A DNA stretch of 64,000 nucleotides from Verrucomicrobiota bacterium (GCA_039815375.1 JBCBZJ010000002.1:160001-224000), one strand, 5' to 3'. Counted from the first letter of the stretch, positions 1 to 11,399 are shown. The notes: generated from the letters alone by a model not told the origin. Program-made: numbers and translations.

Positions 1-1
1 G

Positions 2-112
2 CAGGTCGGAATCGATCCGGAATCACGCGATGTCACCCGCGCAGATAAATTAAGGGAAGAATTCAGCACACTTCCGGCTCTTGATTTTGACAAGGTCCCT
101 GATCTGTCATAA
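2..112 (+). CDS. mcsB: 3' end of upstream gene, probably protein-arginine kinase McsB (partial)
   Basis: Frame reads QVGIDPESRDVTRADKLREEF...DLS*; RDxxRA resembles the McsB C-terminus, and mcsB-clpC adjacency is typical. Only 36 codons visible. Confidence 0.55.
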   Translation, partial: QVGIDPESRDVTRADKLREEFSTLPALDFDKVPDLS

Positions 113-133
113 ATACTGCTATAGCTTTTTGAT

Positions 134-2620
134 ATGGAACCCATGAACAATTTTACTCCACGGGCACAGCAAGTGTTGGCGCTCGCAAGGAAGGAGGCGG
201 ATCGCTTCCATCATAACTACGTGGGCACCGAGCATCTTCTGCTCGGCCTCATCAATCTGGGCCAGGGTGTGGCTGTCAATGTTCTTCAAAAAATGGGGCT
301 CGACCTCCAGACGGTTCGATCCGCGGTTGAGAAGCAGGTCGGCACGGGTCCTGAAAGTAAGCCATCCGGCAATATTCCCTATACTCCTCGTGTAAAAAAG
401 GTTTTGGCTCTTGCCGGTAAGGAAGCGAAAGCACTGAACCACTCCTATGTTGGGACAGAGCATATTCTTCTTGGTTTACTTCGCGAAGGTGAAGGTGTCG
501 CCGCTCGTGTTCTCAAGTCGCTCGATGTTGATATTGAACGTTGCCGTAATGAGATTTTGGCAGAGCTCGATCCGAATTTTTCCGGTGAACCTGAAGAAGC
601 TGCTGCAGGTGGCAAACAAGGTGCCACGCCGGAAGACAAGAAAGACAGCAAAACACCGGCACTCAAAGCCTTTGGTCGCGACCTGACTGAACTTGCCAAA
701 AAGGGTGATCTCGACCCTGTCGTTGGTCGTAAAAACGAAATTCGCCGTGTCGTTCAGATTCTGTGCCGCCGGACAAAGAACAACCCCGTCTTAATCGGTG
801 AGGCTGGCGTCGGCAAAACAGCAATTGTAGAAGGCCTCGCGCAAGAGATTGCCTCCGGTATCGTCCCAGAAATCCTGATGGATAAGAAGGTCATCACGCT
901 CGACCTCGCCTTAATGGTCGCTGGCACGAAATACCGTGGCCAGTTTGAAGAGCGGATAAAAGCGGTGATGGACGAGATTCGCCGGGCCAAGAATGTGATA
1001 ATTTTTATCGATGAGCTTCACACTATAGTGGGTGCAGGTGCGGCCGAAGGTGCGATGGATGCCTCAAATATTTTCAAGCCTGCGCTGAGTCGTGGCGAGC
1101 TTCAGTGCATTGGTGCTACCACGCTGGCGGAATATCGTAAGTATATTGAGAAGGACAGCGCGCTCGACCGTCGATTCCAGTCGGTCAAGGTAGATGCGCC
1201 TTCGATTGAAGACACGATCCAAATTCTCAAAGGTATCCGCGGAAAATACGAAGACCATCACAAGTGCACGTTCAGCGACGAGGCTCTCGAGTCTGCCGCG
1301 AAGCTTTCCGAGCGCTACATCACGGCCCGTTTTCTTCCGGATAAAGCGATCGACATTTTGGATGAGGCTGGCGCCCGTGCCCGTATCGAGTCGCTCAAGC
1401 AACCCCCTGAAATTGAAGAAATGACTTCCGTCATTGACGAGGTTTGTTCCAAGAAGGAAGAAGCGATTGCCGGTCAGCACTTCGAGGAGGCTGCCAAGTT
1501 CCGTGATGAAGAAAAGCAGCTTCGCAAGAAGCAGGCTGACATTATCGATGAGTGGAAGAAGTCACGCGAGGAGAACAAAATCAACGTCGATGAGGAGGAG
1601 ATGCTTCAAGTGGTGGCTGATTGGACTGGGATTCCGCTTTCACGGATGGAGCAAAAAGAGAGCAAGAAGCTACTCAATCTTGAATCTGAGCTTCAACGTG
1701 AAGTGATTGGACAAAACATGGCTACAGAAGTCATTTCCAAGGCACTTCGTCGTTCACGTGCGGATTTGAAAGATCCCAAGCGTCCGATTGGTTCGTTTAT
1801 GTTTCTCGGACCAACTGGCGTGGGTAAAACACTGCTGGCCAAGGTTCTGGCAGAGGAGATGTTCGGTGATAAGGACGCCATCATCCAGATCGACATGTCT
1901 GAATATATGGAAAAGTTTGCAGTGTCCCGTCTCGTTGGTTCGCCTCCTGGCTATGTTGGCTACGAAGAGGGCGGGCAGCTAACCGAGGCAGTCCGACGCA
2001 AACCATATTCCGTGGTGCTTTTTGACGAAATTGAGAAAGCCCATCCGGACGTTGTCCAACTTCTCCTTCAGGTGCTCGAAGAAGGCCGCTTGACTGATAG
2101 CCTTGGTCGAAAAGTTGATTTCCGGAACACAATCCTGATCATGACTTCCAACGTCGGTGCTGACATTTTGCAGCGAAATACCTCAATGGGCTTTGGCATA
2201 GAGAGCACCGCTGAAAATGAATACGAGAAGATCCGGGAAAAAATCCTTGATGAGACCAAGCGGGTCTTCAAGCCGGAGTTTCTTAACCGTCTGAATGACC
2301 TTGTTATCTTCAAGTCGCTAGGCAAAGAAGACATGCAGGCGATTGTCGAGCTTGAGCTCCGAAACGTTGCTGAACGTTTGAAAGAGCGTGAACTTGAGTT
2401 CGAATTCACTCAGGAGGCCAAGAACTTTCTCATAGAGAAGGGCTACGACGAGAAGTATGGTGCCCGCCCACTTCGTCGTGCGGTTGAAAAATACCTCGAA
2501 GACTCACTTGCTGAGGCGATTCTCTCTGCAGAGATTAAACACGGTGAGCTAATCCGTGTTACGGTTGAGGAGGATGAAAAATCGCTGCGCTTCGAACAGG
2601 ATCAACCTGTCGCTTCCTAG
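134..2620 (+). CDS. clpC: ATP-dependent Clp protease ATP-binding subunit ClpC
   Basis: Clp N repeats ([10 protein letters not shown] and [10 protein letters not shown]), Walker A GEAGVGKT and [11 protein letters not shown]-like coiled coil, MGF ClpP-binding loop, YGARPLRR. Confidence 0.96.
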   Translation: MEPMNNFTPRAQQVLALARKEADRFHHNYVGTEHLLLGLINLGQGVAVNVLQKMGLDLQTVRSAVEKQVGTGPESKPSGNIPYTPRVKKVLALAGKEAKALNHSYVGTEHILLGLLREGEGVAARVLKSLDVDIERCRNEILAELDPNFSGEPEEAAAGGKQGATPEDKKDSKTPALKAFGRDLTELAKKGDLDPVVGRKNEIRRVVQILCRRTKNNPVLIGEAGVGKTAIVEGLAQEIASGIVPEILMDKKVITLDLALMVAGTKYRGQFEERIKAVMDEIRRAKNVIIFIDELHTIVGAGAAEGAMDASNIFKPALSRGELQCIGATTLAEYRKYIEKDSALDRRFQSVKVDAPSIEDTIQILKGIRGKYEDHHKCTFSDEALESAAKLSERYITARFLPDKAIDILDEAGARARIESLKQPPEIEEMTSVIDEVCSKKEEAIAGQHFEEAAKFRDEEKQLRKKQADIIDEWKKSREENKINVDEEEMLQVVADWTGIPLSRMEQKESKKLLNLESELQREVIGQNMATEVISKALRRSRADLKDPKRPIGSFMFLGPTGVGKTLLAKVLAEEMFGDKDAIIQIDMSEYMEKFAVSRLVGSPPGYVGYEEGGQLTEAVRRKPYSVVLFDEIEKAHPDVVQLLLQVLEEGRLTDSLGRKVDFRNTILIMTSNVGADILQRNTSMGFGIESTAENEYEKIREKILDETKRVFKPEFLNRLNDLVIFKSLGKEDMQAIVELELRNVAERLKERELEFEFTQEAKNFLIEKGYDEKYGARPLRRAVEKYLEDSLAEAILSAEIKHGELIRVTVEEDEKSLRFEQDQPVAS

Positions 2621-2646
2621 ATTATTTTGAATTGGTTTTAGATAAG

Positions 2647-2682
2647 TATCCGGTTTTGCTCTAGCAGAACCGGATATTTTTT
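2647..2682 (+). terminator. Intrinsic terminator after clpC
   Basis: TATCCGGTTTTGC-TCTA-GCAGAACCGGATA hairpin followed by a T run. Confidence 0.75.
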
Positions 2683-2688
2683 GCCTCT

Positions 2689-3480
2689 ATGACCAGCGAA
2701 TCAAAGATACATCCTACCGCACTGATTGATCCCTCTGCTTCGATTGCTCAGGATGTTGAAGTCGGTCCCTATGCGTTGATTGAGGCAGAAGTTTCGATTG
2801 CTTCTGGCTGTCGTATTGCGGCGCATGCGATCGTTCGGGATCATTCGATACTGGGCCAGGATGTGCAGATCGACAGCTTTGCAGTGATCGGTGGTTTGCC
2901 TCAGGACCTGTCTTTTGATCCTTCAATAGAATCCTACGTGGAAGTTGGCAAAGGAACAGTAATTCGCGAAGGGGTAACCGTGCATCGATCAACTCGTTCA
3001 GGTGGTAAGACCGTGATTGGAGAAGGCTGCTTGCTAATGGCAAATTCACATGCGGCTCATGACTGCCAGGTTGGTGATGGTGTAATCATGGCCAACAACG
3101 TTATGTTGGCAGGTCATGTTCATATCGGTAGCGGCTCCTTCCTTGGAGGTGGCTGTGGCATCCACCAAAATGTAACGATTGGCGAGCTTGTGATGGTGGC
3201 AGGAAACGCTTCGGTGACTTATGATGTGCCATCTTTTGTGATGGTGGCCGAGCGTAGTATTGTAATGGGTCTCAATTTGATCGGTCTCAAACGAAAACTC
3301 TCCCGCGAGGCGATTTCTGATCTGCGAGCCTGTTACAAAGCAGTCTACCTACAGGTCGGAAATCCCGCGAAACTCGCCGAAGCAATAGATGCGGTGACTG
3401 CCGAAGGAGAGAGATTTCTTGCCTGCTTTAACGAAGCGCGCCGAGGTCAGTTTTCGCGCTCAAGGGTCCAAATTGGCTAG
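2689..3480 (+). CDS. lpxA: UDP-N-acetylglucosamine O-acyltransferase
   Basis: IHPTALI start, hexapeptide repeats, GGLPQDL, IREGVTVHR, HAAHDC, GIHQ, GLNLIGLKR. Confidence 0.92.
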   Translation: MTSESKIHPTALIDPSASIAQDVEVGPYALIEAEVSIASGCRIAAHAIVRDHSILGQDVQIDSFAVIGGLPQDLSFDPSIESYVEVGKGTVIREGVTVHRSTRSGGKTVIGEGCLLMANSHAAHDCQVGDGVIMANNVMLAGHVHIGSGSFLGGGCGIHQNVTIGELVMVAGNASVTYDVPSFVMVAERSIVMGLNLIGLKRKLSREAISDLRACYKAVYLQVGNPAKLAEAIDAVTAEGERFLACFNEARRGQFSRSRVQIG

Positions 3481-3489
3481 GTTCTAAGT

Positions 3490-4470
3490 TTAGCAAGCTG
3501 TATTTCGCTTAACGTTAAAAGACCAGACGTTGTGCCGACCATAGGGTTTGATGTGGGCAACATATTCTTCCTTCTTAATATTAAGGGGGATGTTTGGGAC
3601 TGCTCGATCAACGTAGACACGGTCACCGGGGCACGCGCTGCAAAGGCGACTCGCAATGTTGATAGGGCGGCCGATGTAGTCGTTGCCGATTTCTAGATGG
3701 CTGGCTAAACCGAAGCAAATTCCGGCACCAATCTCTTCCGGCGCTCCATGAGTGAAATGCGGACTATCCTTGACCATTTTCCATTTGTTGTGGAGGTCGA
3801 GAGCGGATTGTAGTGCTACATTTACTGCCAGCTCCCGATCGGGCGGGCTAGTCTCCCAAATTGCAAGCACGCCGTCTCCGAGGAACTTTGTCATATCAGG
3901 CGGAAAGCGTTGCAGGGATTTAATCGCCATATTGTAGAAGGCCGACATCAGCCCACAGGTGTAGGGCGATTCGATCTCCGGCTTTTCGCAGAAGAGACTG
4001 AAGCCGCGAATATCGATCACCAGCGCGAGTAATTCGCAAGGTTTACCGAATTCAACTTCGGGTTCGCTGCTCTCGATAAAGGGATAAGCAGTGAAGATCT
4101 CTTCCTCGAATTGATAGTAACTCGATTTACTGACCGAGTCGCTGTAGAAGTTCAATCCCTGCAGATATCGATCATAAGATACAGGGCGATATTGCAGTTC
4201 TGAGATTCCGTATCCTTTGCTATTTTGTGCACGGCTGGTATGGAAGCGGGCAGAGAATTTGCGCACTTTTTCTTCTTTGCCTTCCAGCTTTTTGATCACT
4301 TTCGATACCTCCGGCTCGTCCAGCACAAGGAAGTTTTCAAAGCCATCTACCGTAAAGAAAACGTGTCGATACTCCGGATGCACGGTTTGGAAACGACTAC
4401 AAATATCCCAGAATTCGGTGAAACCGAGGCCGAGGATGGGATACTGGCGACGTATAATGGTCGAAGACAT
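3490..4470 (-). CDS. Class III adenylate cyclase domain protein with unknown N-terminal domain
   Basis: VIDIRGFS, KFLGDGVLAIW and DYIGRPINIASRL motifs. Confidence 0.85.
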   Translation of the reverse strand: MSSTIIRRQYPILGLGFTEFWDICSRFQTVHPEYRHVFFTVDGFENFLVLDEPEVSKVIKKLEGKEEKVRKFSARFHTSRAQNSKGYGISELQYRPVSYDRYLQGLNFYSDSVSKSSYYQFEEEIFTAYPFIESSEPEVEFGKPCELLALVIDIRGFSLFCEKPEIESPYTCGLMSAFYNMAIKSLQRFPPDMTKFLGDGVLAIWETSPPDRELAVNVALQSALDLHNKWKMVKDSPHFTHGAPEEIGAGICFGLASHLEIGNDYIGRPINIASRLCSACPGDRVYVDRAVPNIPLNIKKEEYVAHIKPYGRHNVWSFNVKRNTAC

Positions 4471-4475
4471 ATGAG

Positions 4476-5387
4476 CTAACTTTTTGGCAGAAAAAAGCCG
4501 CGTTGCTTTTGGCTAATCGATAGGTCGACTTTTTCCATGACCTGAAGCATGTCCTCCCAGACCTGACGTTTTGTTTTGAGCGTGTTGTTTCGCAAAAGGT
4601 AGGAGGGATGAAAAGTGATCATCAGGGGGATGCCCTCGAATTCGTTCCAGGTGCCGCGAGCAGAGCCCATCCTGCGATTCGGATCCGGTCCCAGAAATCC
4701 GGTCACGGCCGTATTCCCAAGGGCGACGATAACCTTTGGCTTCACGATCTCGATCTGCGCCTTGACGTAGGGTAGACAGAAATTCATCTCCTCGATAGTC
4801 GGTGGACGATTGCCGTAGGGCTTATCGTGTTCGGGGCGCCATTTCAGTATATTCGCAATGTAGACCTTCTCGCGTTGCAGGCCCATCGCCTGGATGATCC
4901 TGGTGAGGAGTTGACCTGCTTTGCCGACAAAAGGCTCTCCCAGGATTTCTTCGTCCGCGCCCGGAGCTTCGCCGCAAAAGAGGATGTCGGCTTCAGTGCT
5001 GCCTACGCCGAAAACAACTTTGCCGTTTTGGCTGAGGTGGTCCGTGCAGATCGGGCAGCTTTCGACCCGCTCTTTTAGCCATGCCAATTGAGTGGCTGCA
5101 TCTCCTTTTGGCAGATCGAATGTTGCTGGTGTATCGGGTATAGGCTTGATTCCGCTAGGGTCTGGCGCTGGTTTTACTGAGGTTTTCTTTTCAGTGGCCT
5201 CTGTCTCTTTGACCAGCTCCTTGAGGTCGGCTATTGGCGTAGTTCTTGAATCCTGCTTGTTTTCAGGGTTTGCAGCCGATGGTAGCTTGAGTAGCTCCAG
5301 TGTATTCTCGTCAACGAAGACTCGATCCACGCCTTCCTTTTGCAAACGATTCAACTCTTCGTGTATCGCTTTTAACCCGGTAGACAT
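4476..5387 (-). CDS. Uracil-DNA glycosylase family 4
   Basis: [32 protein letters not shown]. Confidence 0.92.
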   Translation of the reverse strand: MSTGLKAIHEELNRLQKEGVDRVFVDENTLELLKLPSAANPENKQDSRTTPIADLKELVKETEATEKKTSVKPAPDPSGIKPIPDTPATFDLPKGDAATQLAWLKERVESCPICTDHLSQNGKVVFGVGSTEADILFCGEAPGADEEILGEPFVGKAGQLLTRIIQAMGLQREKVYIANILKWRPEHDKPYGNRPPTIEEMNFCLPYVKAQIEIVKPKVIVALGNTAVTGFLGPDPNRRMGSARGTWNEFEGIPLMITFHPSYLLRNNTLKTKRQVWEDMLQVMEKVDLSISQKQRGFFLPKS

Positions 5388-5465
5388 TACAACAGCTTTG
5401 ACTATACCGCTTATGTCGTCCAGCTACTTTTCTAATCTATTGTAAAATTCCGACCTTGATCAGGC

Positions 5466-6344
5466 CTAGTTCTCACCGCGTGGGTCCAGTGCATCGCGTA
5501 ATCCGTCGCCAATAAAATTAAGTGCGAAGATTGTCAGAGAAAAGAAAATCGCCGGGAAGATGAGTTGCCATGGATAGACATCGATTTTCAGGGATCCGGA
5601 ATGAATCAGGGTTCCCCAGGAGCTCATTGGCGGTTGCACGCCCAATCCGAGGAAACTGATGATCGATTCGAGTAGGATGACGGAAGGTATGGTCAGCGTC
5701 GTGTAAACAATAACAGGTCCGATCAGGTTGGGCAGGATGTGTCGCATTAGAATGCGACTTTTGGGAACACCATTTACGCGGGCTGCATCGACAAAATGTA
5801 AGTTACGTAAGGCCCTTGTTTGGCCGCGAACAATACGTGCCATCGTCAACCACTCGACCGCTCCGATAGCTAGAAAGATAAGCAGTATGCTGCGCCCCAT
5901 CAAAACAGTGAGCAGAATGACGATAATGGTGAAGGGGAGCGCATAGAGTGTGTCGACAAACCGCATCATGATCCCCTCGGTTCGTCCACCTGTGTAGCCT
6001 GCTAACATTCCGTAGGTTACTCCAATGAACAAGGCAACAGCCGTGGCCGCAAATCCGACACCGATGGAAATACGCCCCCCTATCAGAGTGCGGACCAACA
6101 CATCGCGGCCTAGGTCGTCCGTTCCAAACCAATGCGCGGTATTTGGCGCTTGCGCACCATATTCAAGGTTTGTCGTTTCGTAGGAGTGTGGTATGATGAT
6201 AGGTCCGACGAGGCAGGCTAATGTGATGAGGATAAAGAGAACTCCACCGATTCTTGCCATCTGGTTCCGGCATAGGCGTTCCCAGGCGTCACGCCCAAGT
6301 GAACGTGCTTCTGAGGAAAGGGTTTCTCGGCGGTTCCTGGTCAT
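5466..6344 (-). CDS. oppC: Oligopeptide ABC transporter permease
   Basis: HWFGTDDLGRD, EAA-like loop FVDAARVNG, HILPN, GDGLRDALDPR. Confidence 0.9.
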   Translation of the reverse strand: MTRNRRETLSSEARSLGRDAWERLCRNQMARIGGVLFILITLACLVGPIIIPHSYETTNLEYGAQAPNTAHWFGTDDLGRDVLVRTLIGGRISIGVGFAATAVALFIGVTYGMLAGYTGGRTEGIMMRFVDTLYALPFTIIVILLTVLMGRSILLIFLAIGAVEWLTMARIVRGQTRALRNLHFVDAARVNGVPKSRILMRHILPNLIGPVIVYTTLTIPSVILLESIISFLGLGVQPPMSSWGTLIHSGSLKIDVYPWQLIFPAIFFSLTIFALNFIGDGLRDALDPRGEN

Positions 6345-6428
6345 TTAGTGGAGTTGGGTGTGCCCACTGAGCTCGCTGCTATATTGCTGCGCTGCGATGT
6401 CGGTGAAAAATCCTGTTCTTCTTTCTTC

Positions 6429-7346
6429 TTAGTCATGGCGTGTGCGTGGGTTCATCCACATTTGGATGAGATCGACCAGTAGATTGAAGAGAATAATAAG
6501 GACTGCGTAGAAGAGCACAGTTCCCATCACGAGAGTGTAGTCCCGATTGAAGGCCGAATTAACGAAGAACATGCCAAGGCCCGGGATGAAGAAAATGGTC
6601 TCTACGATAAAAGAACCGCTGATCAATCCCGCTACAGCGGGGCCGAGGTAGGCAACTACCGGATAGAGCGCGCTGCGCAGTCCATGACGCATAACAACGA
6701 ATCTCTCCTTCAGGCCCTTTGCGCGAGCTGTGCGTATATAGTCGTGCTGAATCGTATCCAGCATTCCACTACGTGTGAGTCGCGCGATGTAAGCACCGTA
6801 AAAGAGACCAAGAGTAAGCGCGGGGAGGAAGCGATCACTTGCAACCGACCAACCTAGTGGATTGAACCAACCAAGTCCCGAACTGAATACCAGCAGCAGC
6901 AATGGACCTAGGACGAATGTTGGCAAACAGATGCCGATCATGGCAGTGCCCATCAATGCGGTTTCCGAGGCTTTCCCGTGATAGATTGCCGCGAGAACGC
7001 CAATCGGAATGCCAAGGCTGAGGGCAATGATCAGGGCGAGTCCACCCAATTCCAAAGAGACCGGGAAGCTCTGGCCGATAATTTCTTCGACCTCCCATCC
7101 GGTGTATTTGTATGAGGGGCCGAATTCTCCCCGCAGTGTGTTGCCTAGAAAATTAAAATACTGCTGATAAATCGGCAAGTCCAAGCCGTAATGCGCTTCA
7201 ATCTGTGCTTTTACTTCAGGTGGAACCGGCTTTTCGTCGTCAAACGGTCCTCCGGGTGCCGTGCGCAGGAGTAGAAATGTCAGTGTTGCAATCAGCCATA
7301 GTGTGGGAATGGCTTGAAGTAGACGTCTGACGAAGTGGCTAAGCAT
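6429..7346 (-). CDS. oppB: Oligopeptide ABC transporter permease
   Basis: APGGPF, DYIRTARAKGL, IPGLG, NRDY. Confidence 0.92.
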   Translation of the reverse strand: MLSHFVRRLLQAIPTLWLIATLTFLLLRTAPGGPFDDEKPVPPEVKAQIEAHYGLDLPIYQQYFNFLGNTLRGEFGPSYKYTGWEVEEIIGQSFPVSLELGGLALIIALSLGIPIGVLAAIYHGKASETALMGTAMIGICLPTFVLGPLLLLVFSSGLGWFNPLGWSVASDRFLPALTLGLFYGAYIARLTRSGMLDTIQHDYIRTARAKGLKERFVVMRHGLRSALYPVVAYLGPAVAGLISGSFIVETIFFIPGLGMFFVNSAFNRDYTLVMGTVLFYAVLIILFNLLVDLIQMWMNPRTRHD

Positions 7347-7352
7347 TTTATC

Positions 7353-8966
7353 TCATTCGGACCTCAAGCGGACCGATTGGTAAAGATGGTAGTCGAGGAT
7401 ATTTGCATGCCAGCCTTCCACGCTTGGATCAATGAGCAAGCTGGTGACATAGAAGTAAATCGGCATGACCGGCATTTCCTCGAGCAGGAGTGCCTCGGCC
7501 CGTTGGAAAATCTCGAAACGCGCTTCGTTGCCTGTCGCCAGCGTTGCAGCTTCGACGAGCTGGTCGAAATCCTCGTTGCTCCAGTTGGTGTGATTATTCC
7601 CGTTGTCCGTCTCGCCAAGACTGAGGAAGGTGTTTGGGTCGTCGTAGTCGCCGAACCATGCTGCGCGGAGGATATCAAAGTTTCCTGCTTCACGGGTAGA
7701 AAGGTAGGCCTTCCATTCCTGATTATAGAGGGTAACATTGATACCCAATTCTTCTTTCCACATCTGTTGGATAGCGACTGCGATACTACGGTGGGCATCG
7801 CTCGTATTGTAGAGAATTTCAAAAGTGGGGAAACTCTCGCCACCAGGATAACCGGCTTCGGCCAGAAGCTGTCGAGCGAGCTCGGGGTCGTAGATGAGTC
7901 GGGCTTCGGCATTGTAGCTGCCTCCTGTATTTGGTGGTGTAAAGTGATAGGCTGGCTTTTGTCCCGCCTTTAGCACGTGTTCGGTAATCGCTTCGCGATC
8001 AATGGAGTAGGCGAGTGCTTTGCGAACCCGCGGATCGTTGAGTGGCTCCCGGGACGTATTGAACATGTAGTAGTAAACGCCGAGCGCCGTATCGAAGCGC
8101 ATGCGTTCCGGCATGTTATCCTGATACCAATTGACTCGATGGGGTAGGACGGTCGAGGTGAGATGAAGATGCCCGGCACGGAAAGCCCGTTCTTCAGCAT
8201 GGACCTGGATGGGTAAAAAGTGAACACCGTTGAGCCAGACGGAATCCGGGTCTCGAAAGAAGGGGTTTCGATCTGCGTAGATGGAGCTGTTAATGCGCCA
8301 TTCTTCGAGCTTGAAGGGCCCGTTTCCAACGAAGTTTTTTGGTTTGGTCCATTCCGAGATTCGAGCAGTCATGCCGCCGTGTTTCTCAATGGTCGGTGGG
8401 TGCACCGGCCACCAAGTGTAATGTGTCAGAAGGCTGAGGAAATAGGGAGTTGGCTGTGCCAACTCAATCACCAGTGTGCGTTCGTCAGGGGAGGAGACAC
8501 CCACCTCGGAGAAATCACTCAATTCTCCTTTGTGGAAGCGGTCGGCATTCTTCATGTCGTAGAGCATGTAGGCATAGGGCGCGCCAAGAGCGGGTGAAAG
8601 AATACGCTCAAAGGAGTAGATGAAATCTTGAGGAGTGACGGGATCGCCATTAGACCAACGTGCATTCGGGTCGAAGTTGAAGGTGTAGAAACACCCATCT
8701 TCAGAGATGCTCCAGCTCTTCGCCACGGCTGGAATGACCTCCATGGTCTCGGTGTTGAAGGTCGCGAGACCTTCATAGAGAGCGAGTGTGACATGAAGTT
8801 CGGTTAGACCGGTGATTAGGTGCGGATCCAGCCCGGCGGGTTCTGTGCCGATACCAAAGTAGAGTTCGCGGGCTTCGTTACCGCGCTCGACGTTGGTTTT
8901 CCGTGGTTCACAGCCGCAAAGCGCACAAAGCGCTAGTAGAAGGGCAGCGAGACGGCATGATGACAT
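7353..8966 (-). CDS. oppA: Oligopeptide ABC transporter substrate-binding lipoprotein
   Basis: Lipobox-like LCGC, LDP, ARWSNGDPVT, GNGPFKL, VRKAL; SBP family 5. Confidence 0.9.
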   Translation of the reverse strand: MSSCRLAALLLALCALCGCEPRKTNVERGNEARELYFGIGTEPAGLDPHLITGLTELHVTLALYEGLATFNTETMEVIPAVAKSWSISEDGCFYTFNFDPNARWSNGDPVTPQDFIYSFERILSPALGAPYAYMLYDMKNADRFHKGELSDFSEVGVSSPDERTLVIELAQPTPYFLSLLTHYTWWPVHPPTIEKHGGMTARISEWTKPKNFVGNGPFKLEEWRINSSIYADRNPFFRDPDSVWLNGVHFLPIQVHAEERAFRAGHLHLTSTVLPHRVNWYQDNMPERMRFDTALGVYYYMFNTSREPLNDPRVRKALAYSIDREAITEHVLKAGQKPAYHFTPPNTGGSYNAEARLIYDPELARQLLAEAGYPGGESFPTFEILYNTSDAHRSIAVAIQQMWKEELGINVTLYNQEWKAYLSTREAGNFDILRAAWFGDYDDPNTFLSLGETDNGNNHTNWSNEDFDQLVEAATLATGNEARFEIFQRAEALLLEEMPVMPIYFYVTSLLIDPSVEGWHANILDYHLYQSVRLRSE

Positions 8967-9032
8967 AGGCCTTAGTCAAGCTGACTTAGGAAAGTCATCA
9001 AGTGGTAATATCTGTGTTTTTGAGGATAACCT

Positions 9033-10496
9033 TTACAGCAACGGCACCAGCAGATGCACGAGGTCCTGACTCAATCTTGAGGGTATGAAGGCTGCATCGC
9101 ACATGGCTTCTTGGTAAGTGATACAATCCTTCTCGAGCGCTTGCGCCCACTGGGTTAACATTTGAACATCAGTTGCCGTGTAGTGGGCCAGGGCGATCTC
9201 GAAGTTCACGAATAGGGAACGTATGTCGATATTGGCTGAGCCCATTAGGGCGACAAGGTCATCAGCGAGGATGAGCTTCGCATGCATCATGCGAGGTTTG
9301 TAAAAAAGAATTTCGACTCCAGCGGCATCAAGCTGTTTCAGGGTGCGGTGACGTGCAATATCGGCGAGCCTTTGGTTGGAGTGCAGAGGCAAAATAACCC
9401 GGACCTGTCGTCCAGTGTGTGCTTTGACAATCAGTGACTGCAAAATGACTTCATCCGGAATGAAATAGGGTGTGATGATCGTTAGAGACTGCTTGAATTC
9501 CTGTATAATACGGACCAGCTGTTCCCAAAGTGGGTCGTTAGGAATATCAGGTCCGCTGTTAATGACTTCTATTGTGCTGTTGCCTGCCTCCTCCGGGACG
9601 TATTGCAGAAGCTCGCGATATTGCGCAGGCTTCTCCTCAGCGGCAAAGGCCCAGTCTGCGATAAAGGTGCGCGTCAGCTCGGCGACCGCCGGGCCTTGAG
9701 TGACGACGCTGAAGTCGGTGAATCGATCCGGGTCCGGCCAGTTGCCCAAGAAACGATTGTCTAGATTTTGCCCGCCTGTGATGGCACGAAAATTATCGAA
9801 AATAGCGATTTTGCGATGATTGCGCAAATTGGAGGAAGTCTGTGTCTGCAGCGGCAGCACGGGCATAAACATGGCGACCTCGCCACCGGCTTTTCGTATT
9901 TTGTGACGAGCGAGACGTGTGCAGTTCCAGCTGCCAAGAGAGTCGAGCAAGAGTTTTACGGTTACGCCTTCGCTTGAGCGTTTTGATAAAAGATCGGTGA
10001 CGGCTTTTCCACTTCGATCATTTCCCAGTATATACGTAGCGATGTGGATGGTATGTTCGGCAGCTTCGATTTCTCTGCAAAGCCTTTCAAATGTGGCCTT
10101 ACCGTCAGGAAGAAGTTCACAATAGTTGCCCTTACTGCAGCTTTGCTCCATCTCAGGAGCAAGGACGTAGGGCGAGGGCGTCATCTCTATCTTTTCGGGG
10201 TCTGAAAGCGCACGAGCATGTCGATTGACCTTCGATTTGATACGGGCCATTTTACGACTCTTCCGTCCTCCGAATATGAAGTAGAGCGGCACTCCGACGA
10301 AGGGAAGGAACAGTACGAGCAGCAGCCAGGCGAAAGTATTGCTCGGACTGCGCTTTTCGGCGGAGACACGGCGTATGATCAGTGCGGCACAGACGAGTCC
10401 AAGGATTACTGACAGATTGGTTAGGAGAAAAAGGAGTCCGCTACCGAGTAGATTGATCAGTGATCCGAAAAGGTTAACTTCCAGCCATTTCCACAT
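9033..10496 (-). CDS. cls: Cardiolipin synthase (PLD family)
   Basis: N-terminal TM helices and two HKD motifs (NHRKIAIFD, MHAKLILAD). Confidence 0.88.
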   Translation of the reverse strand: MWKWLEVNLFGSLINLLGSGLLFLLTNLSVILGLVCAALIIRRVSAEKRSPSNTFAWLLLVLFLPFVGVPLYFIFGGRKSRKMARIKSKVNRHARALSDPEKIEMTPSPYVLAPEMEQSCSKGNYCELLPDGKATFERLCREIEAAEHTIHIATYILGNDRSGKAVTDLLSKRSSEGVTVKLLLDSLGSWNCTRLARHKIRKAGGEVAMFMPVLPLQTQTSSNLRNHRKIAIFDNFRAITGGQNLDNRFLGNWPDPDRFTDFSVVTQGPAVAELTRTFIADWAFAAEEKPAQYRELLQYVPEEAGNSTIEVINSGPDIPNDPLWEQLVRIIQEFKQSLTIITPYFIPDEVILQSLIVKAHTGRQVRVILPLHSNQRLADIARHRTLKQLDAAGVEILFYKPRMMHAKLILADDLVALMGSANIDIRSLFVNFEIALAHYTATDVQMLTQWAQALEKDCITYQEAMCDAAFIPSRLSQDLVHLLVPLL

Positions 10497-10619
10497 GTCT
10501 AATGTTCTATAAGGAAGTTAAAGCATTCATTCTTTCAGGCCAATACTTTTTGAAAAGGTTAATCCGAGGTTGTCGTAGAGCCGCAAATTTGCTCGGGTTG
10601 TGTTTACATCAATTTTCTT

Positions 10620-11399
10620 ATGACAGAACCATCCGAACCCGATCGCGGTCAGCCGCAACAGCAACAGGTCAATCTGCAACAAATTGCCCAGCAGTTTATG
10701 GCTGGACTGCAGCGTCACTTCGACATGTTGGCATTTAACTTGGCGTCACGTGAGAGCGTTCAAGAGGAGGCCTACATTAAATACGCTCAGGCACCTAAGA
10801 TTATGCCGGCAGCTCCGCGACATCAGAACTTTGAGCAAATGCAGGCCTATGCTCGTGACCTGCTTGTCCGTCAGATTATCGGTGACTGTATGAATCTCGC
10901 TGTCACCGGCATGAATAATGCCCATTTTTTCCTCGCGCTGGTGAAATCTACCCAGGCAAATACTCAAGTTTCACCACAAGCACAGCAGGAAGCGCAGAAG
11001 CTGCAGCAAGCCTTTGTCCCCGCACAGCTTGATGAGAAATTCAATAAGTTGGAAAAGGGTTATGGTATCATGTGTGAGCTGGAGGACAGTATCGTGTCTC
11101 TGGGATTTTGCATTCAGGCATTGATGCAACATGGCGGTGTGGTGAAGGAGCCTCAAGTTGACGAAAATGGTGAGCTCGTTATTGAGCTAAAAACTTTGAA
11201 AGTGCTTAGTCGGGGAGCAGAGGAAGGTCAGATTAAGGGTAAACTCGTCGATCAGCGAAAGGTCTTTCAAGAAGGCGAAGTTATTACATTCAGCGATTTG
11301 GAGCTTCAACAGATTCTCGTCACCATTGCCTCTTTCGCCGATGCGCTCTTCAAGTCTGTATCTATCTATACGAAATCGGTAAAAGACGGGACAGATTAG
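10620..11399 (+). CDS. Hypothetical protein
   Basis: 259-aa Gln-rich ORF with ATG start, 8 bp upstream of the next gene. Confidence 0.75.
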   Translation: MTEPSEPDRGQPQQQQVNLQQIAQQFMAGLQRHFDMLAFNLASRESVQEEAYIKYAQAPKIMPAAPRHQNFEQMQAYARDLLVRQIIGDCMNLAVTGMNNAHFFLALVKSTQANTQVSPQAQQEAQKLQQAFVPAQLDEKFNKLEKGYGIMCELEDSIVSLGFCIQALMQHGGVVKEPQVDENGELVIELKTLKVLSRGAEEGQIKGKLVDQRKVFQEGEVITFSDLELQQILVTIASFADALFKSVSIYTKSVKDGTD

